Made by a program: the position numbers and the translations under genes. Below are positions 59,726 to 64,000 of a stretch of DNA of 64,000 nt, one piece after another. Numbering within the stretch: the first letter of the stretch is position 1; every line of letters starts with the position of its first letter. The stretch comes from Ylistrum balloti (lineage: Eukaryota). The stretch covers positions 3,162,001 through 3,226,000 of the forward strand of contig NW_026782196.1 in NCBI RefSeq assembly GCF_031769215.1, read 5' to 3'. Below the pieces are notes generated by a model that saw only the letters and a program-made list of their open reading frames with translations, was not told the origin of the DNA and searched no databases.

Positions 59726-61459
59726 GGGTCATAGCACGTGAATGTCTCATTCAGATGACACTACCTGAAACACGAGTGCTAGATGGTTGACTGGCGAAGC
59801 GTGACCGATTCTGAGGAAGCAGACTGGATAGGAGTATCAGTAGGAGGTGACATCGGACCACTTGAGGATGTACGAAAAAGGATGAGCTGGGTTCCGACAA
59901 TAACCAGCAATGGCGTTTACACACTCGTAGGAGGTAGGAGGCGTAGATAGGACCATCCATTATCCAATGGGACTCAATAATGTTATCCTTCCACAATCTG
60001 CTTAGCTTAAACGAATCACTGACGATATGGGGTAAGACACTCTTTGTCTTTGAACATGGATTTCTGATCAGATTTCACCCTGTACACAGCCTGCTTGTCT
60101 GTATATCGAACGAATCTAGAAATAATCGAAACCTTGTTGTTCCGGACCTTCCCAATAGTGTGGGTTCTAGAAATATCATCTTTGGAAATATTAACCCTCG
60201 GTTTGTTTCAAATATCAATTACAACTTGGTAGGTGTCAGACTTGTTAACAAGTTTGTCTGTGGGCACATTATAGAACTTCAATGCACCTAGCCTGGTGTA
60301 TTGTTGTTGTTCCTCCAGATCAATTTGCAGGGAAAAAAACAGACTGACGTAGATCAGAATCTCTGGAAACTTGACACTGGACTTCCAGTCTTATGTGTGT
60401 GTGGTGACCGTATTGACCTTGGAAGAAACAAGCCGCAGTAATTAATAGCTCTGTCATTGGACAGGGCATCGCTGACCGCCTGGTCAATTGGGGGTTTCAT
60501 TGGCTCAAGTAGCAGGTGAGAAACCAAAGACGCCAAGGACGGTGCCAACATTTCAGAAAACTTTGATAAAAATCGGGAGTGACCGTCATCTGCTGGTGTT
60601 TGGGAGTCGATCAGTTAATGGCGACGGCCCCGTGGTAGGTGGCTGGTCATACATAGACACAATAGGCTGAGTATATTGAGTGGGTGGGATAGATAGCGGG
60701 GTAGGGAAATCTGATGACCGTTTATACTCAATATCGTCTGTAGATACAGGGCTGTTCTCCTGCCTTCCTGTCAGTGTATATATGTGGGAGGATCCACAAT
60801 ACCCAAAATGTTCATGTGGGGTGTGATAAATGTGTTTACTGTATAAAATACAACTAACAAACATTTTAAATCCTTATTTCGACACATTACAGCTTTGTGT
60901 TGGTTCAGGGTCGATAACCTGTCTATGCTTAAACCATCAAAACCGTCTTTTGGTGAAAACTTCTTGGCAAATAAAGAATAAATAGAAAATTGCCGGGGGA
61001 TGGAATCGATATTCATAATTCAATAAAACCTTAATTGACGTGCTCTTAACATCAACTCTGTTGACTTTTCTGGCTTTTTACGTTTTGTGTATTTTATTTT
61101 CTCTAAAGAAAACGAGATTTATCCTATTAAATGTCTGTTAAGGACTAAAATCAAAGTAGTGAGACTAAAGATGGAATACGTTGTATGACAAACCAGACAC
61201 ATCTTATGGTTTTATCTCTCTTTTTGCCTTATAAATGACTTTTTTAACCTTACGTTTAGGAATCCGAGCACGCTAACTGGTCATGTGACAAATAATGGCA
61301 GACCTTTAGTTTCAGGGCTATTCATGGACTGTGCAATGGTTTCTGTTTCCAAGGTCACACTTACTGACCCATATGGAATTAAATACCTACATCGCCAAAA
61401 TGCGCGCACGTGCCATTGACCCCATGCGACCTTTTCGTCTAGGCATTGATGCACTGTGA
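47648..61459 (+). CDS. Candidate unidentified multi-exon gene divergent from JMJD7 (partial, tentative)
   Basis: Phase-compatible candidate exons 47648-47749 (MCMAALKSFKTKRDNSKQKHLTAREKAVKISNGM), 48166-48226 and 56200-56292 (VDDLAAASSLIQEQRAARRKDELIEESQKF). Further candidates at 56836-, 57013-57050 and a terminal-looking 61316-61459. No family recognised. Confidence 0.3.
48810..48829 (+). promoter_or_regulatory. 20-bp subterminal motif containing a CRE/ATF palindrome (CGTGACGTCACAAGGGTAGC), upstream of the transposase
   Basis: Exact reverse complement at 55851-55870. Confidence 0.6.
49014..54091 (+). CDS. Kolobok THAP + DDE transposase, 781 aa, 10 exons, uninterrupted
   Basis: Exons 49014-49397, 49658-49813, 50276-50378, 50639-50864, 51171-51708, 51998-52184, 52459-52716, 53044-53215, 53535-53683 and 53919-54091 (2346 nt). 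THAP: CVAYGC..FPLD..W..CSEHF..DAVPT. Catalytic region: GGDGRCDTPGHCAK, LVTDRH, DVWHVAK, TSELEGYHS, LAALHHNEN. Confidence 0.92.
54447..55836 (-). CDS. KolX accessory protein (Cys-rich, P2X7 cytoplasmic-ballast-like domain), 205 aa, 3 exons, uninterrupted
   Basis: Exons 55836-55595, 55164-54949 and 54606-54447 (618 nt). Motifs: GIQPYQFEPE, WCLCGNCSLMPTIEECRCCSEI, CITDHPGF, RYTAYRQFVRWCWGYLGKSIRVPLPACAV. Confidence 0.9.
55851..55870 (-). promoter_or_regulatory. Second copy of the 20-bp CRE-containing motif, upstream of KolX
   Basis: GCTACCCTTGTGACGTCACG, 14 nt upstream of the KolX ATG; an ETS-like CCGGAAGT lies at about 55890. Confidence 0.6.
56323..56637. repeat. 55-bp minisatellite, about 5.7 copies
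   Basis: Unit ATTATTC(T/A)GGGAAATAGTAGAGACACCTAACAGATAAGGAAAGTGAGAATGAAAC. Confidence 0.93.
58020..58425. repeat. ~110-bp tandem repeat, at least 3 copies, spanning the assembly gap
   Basis: CTGACTTCACTGACAACCTG...CGGCTTTCAACCGAA...TGGAAACA recurs on both sides of the N run. Confidence 0.7.
58099..58235. other. Assembly gap (137 N)
   Basis: Run of n characters. Confidence 1.
58440..59721 (+). mobile_element. 5'-truncated decayed non-LTR retrotransposon (RT and C-terminus) with a microsatellite tail
   Basis: VGLMQGE, LFINDFE..LLLYADDLVLFSET, KTKIVVFRNGG, FCYLG, GRY..RLCNNC..EDEFHFLFTC; ends with AATAAA plus (GATT)n at 59659-59721. Confidence 0.85.
59367..59441. repeat. (GAT)n microsatellite
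   Basis: Directly visible. Confidence 0.97.
59745..60700 (-). mobile_element. Decayed LINE ORF1 (L1-type coiled-coil/RRM) fragment
   Basis: Across stops and frameshifts: DLEEQQQYTRLGALKFYNVP, ISKDDISRTHTIGK, ISRFVRYTDKQAVY, ECLTPYR, IESHWIMDGPIY. The upstream boundary is uncertain. Confidence 0.7.
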
Positions 61460-62869
61460 TGGGAATTAGTAGACGAAATCTGTGTAATACACTTACTATG
61501 GTAGATATCTTTGAAGCATAGTCTTAGATTTTTTAACCAAATACATAAACATCACTCTACAGAATCAGACGTTTCCGAATTTAGCTTGTTGTAAGGCTTT
61601 TTGATAACACATTTCCGGCCGAAGAAGGGTTTCCGTAAAACAAGTCATTAATGAAATATAGTTATCCCAATTACGTGTATTCACATTTTAACTGAGATAA
61701 AAGGCCCAATTCTAAGAGTTACTTAGAATGAATATCTACATTTTCGCTGCAATGTCACAATTTAAACTCGGAAAAGTACGTATAGTTTACGAGCCTACGG
61801 ACCGGAACGAGGGTGAATACAACTCTGTATGAATGAGTAGAATGATTAAAAATGTCAAAAGCCTCATAGGAGACATTGCTGTTCATGGATGTATGTAAAG
61901 ATTATGTAGGATTAAAAAGAAAATTATTTCTTCTGACCTTGTTGGTGGTAAATGCCACGTGTTTCAGACGCCATTCTGTGTGTGTTCCTCTAGAGATTGA
62001 ACCCAGATCCTCTTGGTTTGAATCGATCGGCCAAGTGGTATAGTGTCGTTAGAGTGAAACATGACATTCTCGACATGGCGTCATTGAATAACATGAAGAC
62101 ATTGCATTGCTTGGAAGACTTCATTGTTATAAAGAAGTTGTTTTTTCTGTGTAATATAGCCTTTTAAAGATAACCTTCCGGTGTGTGCCAGAGCAGTACA
62201 TGTGTTGAGTGATTTGTAGGAGTCTGTAATATGTTCGTGTAAGCCTTCTTGTAATGATACAAAACAAAAGCCGAATATATAGTGCTATCACTCTGAAATA
62301 TACTGCTGAAGACCTCCAGCATACAGGTTACACTGCCAACGGACAAGCCAATCATAACCATACCACATTGCTGAATGTAAAGGCAGGAAGTAGTAACCTC
62401 TATTTTTAAAGGCCCGACAAAAAAAGGTAAGAAGTCTTTTACGTCAACTCCAGGTTAAGGTTTCGAATAAGTACTGAACTTTGAGTTTTTAATCCACAGG
62501 ATTAAATCATGTTGACCCACATCAAGAAATGATGACTGATTAATTTTCTCTTACGCTTTCCAAACAAGCTGTGTACTAAATACACCGCCCTTTTGATCTG
62601 TGGATTGTGTGTCAAATTTGATACCGGCGTAGTAATGACACAATCCCCTGTCTGTCTTTTGTACGGATTTTAGAAGTTATTGTGAGTAGTAACGTTTACT
62701 GTATGTAGGTGTACAGAAAGGTGCACTAAGGGAAATCATATGTAACGGTGAGAAATCATACATTAATTCCTGAAATCTGAATTGATATTGAAACATCTAA
62801 TGTAACGGCGAATCCTGGGGAGGACATGGCGTATCAGAATTATTTCCCTTTTGTTATAGCATACACCTT

Positions 62870-63607
62870 ACTAACAACACATCTAACTAACTAGATAACA
62901 CATCCAGCTACATCTCGTGTAACCATATAGTCAGGTGACACACCTAACATGATGACGTATATAGCTCTTCAGGTGACATATCTATGTAACAAGGTGACAC
63001 ATCAAACACACGAGTTGACATATCTAACTAATAAGGCTATATATCCAATCAACCAGGTGGCACATCCAGTACACGAGTTGACATATCAAACTAACAAGGT
63101 GACGCATACAACACACCACTTTATCTAAATATACAGGTTATACATCTAATTGACCTAGAGACACTTTCAGTAAACTAAGTAACACTTCTATCTAACTCGA
63201 TAACAATTCACCTTACAAGGTAAGATTTCAGTTTAAACATATGTATACATCTGGCTAACTATGTGACACGTACAGACTAACTTCATGACACAAGTAAGAA
63301 ACCAGCTGATTCATTCAGCTAATCGTATGTCACATCCAACAAATTGGTGACACATCTAACTACCCAAATGACACATCCAATTTGTAAGGTAGCACTTGCA
63401 GCTAGCTAAGCAACATTTTCAGCTCATACGTGTATACTAAATCTTAGAAAGTAAGTGACACATCCTACTAATGAAGGGACACATCCACAAACGAAGTCAC
63501 ACATCCTTCTAACGAAGTGACACATCCACAAACGAAGTGACACACCCACAAACGAAGTGACACTCCCACAAACGAAGTGACACTCCCACAAACGAAGTCA
63601 CACATCC
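62870..63607. repeat. Degenerate GGTGACACATCTAAC-type array ending in a clean 20-bp repeat (ACAAACGAAGTGACACATCC x6, 63481-63607)
   Basis: ACGAAGT at 63491, 63512, 63532, 63552, 63572 and 63592. Confidence 0.75.
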
Positions 63608-64000
63608 TAATTATATATCACATAATGTAATATTTTATTATCTAACGTCAAACATAGGAAAGTACCTTAAACAACAGTGATGTATAGGCGCCTGGAAGTC
63701 AAAGTGTAAAATTTGTGAATAGATATTTTCTGACAGTGGATTGCTTTACTTAATTGGCAGTACGAACACATCATCACACTTAACCGGAAGTCTGCAGGGA
63801 GGTGTTGTTATCACGAGGTGATATTTACATGTTTCAGGTTTAGGCGCGTGGATATTTCGATAGAGTTTAACTATAAATCATCCCAACGACGTCTATGTTG
63901 TGTGTGATAGGAGAATCCCAGGAGGAATTAGAAGGACAGCGAGAAAAATCATAAAACGAAATACAAGTTACATTTAATCACTGTGACAGTTTTTCTACAA

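Noticed and set aside
61935-62040. tRNA-like B-box (GGTTCAATC on the minus strand)
   Set aside because: No cloverleaf or clear A-box; at most a decayed SINE head.

Overview
AT-rich, intron-containing animal genomic DNA; the repeat content suggests a bivalve, possibly a scallop (inference only). (1) A large imperfect inverted duplication has arms at about 6991-22013 and 32119-39590. Each arm carries a 4-coding-exon SAM-dependent methyltransferase gene of Rv2258c-like wHTH+MTase architecture. The left copy is intact (350 aa); the right copy has a nonsense codon and a frameshift. (2) The spacer holds a signal-peptide exon, three tandem Ig-domain exons (the middle one frameshifted) and a 60-bp satellite derived from the adjacent 30-bp satellite. 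(3) A complete 8-exon JMJD7 gene (319 aa) lies on the minus strand; its stop codon is in register with a 54-bp tandem array that fills its 3' UTR. (4) An apparently intact 7.4-kb Kolobok DNA transposon (48637-56072) encodes a 10-exon THAP+DDE transposase (781 aa) and a convergent 3-exon KolX protein (205 aa). It has three nested pairs of inverted repeats and no TTAA target-site duplication. (5) The rest includes LINE fragments, a solo LTR, a Harbinger/ISL2EU-like remnant, many minisatellites and one assembly gap. Exon structures were derived by hand from GT-AG sites, phase and length; no database search was run.
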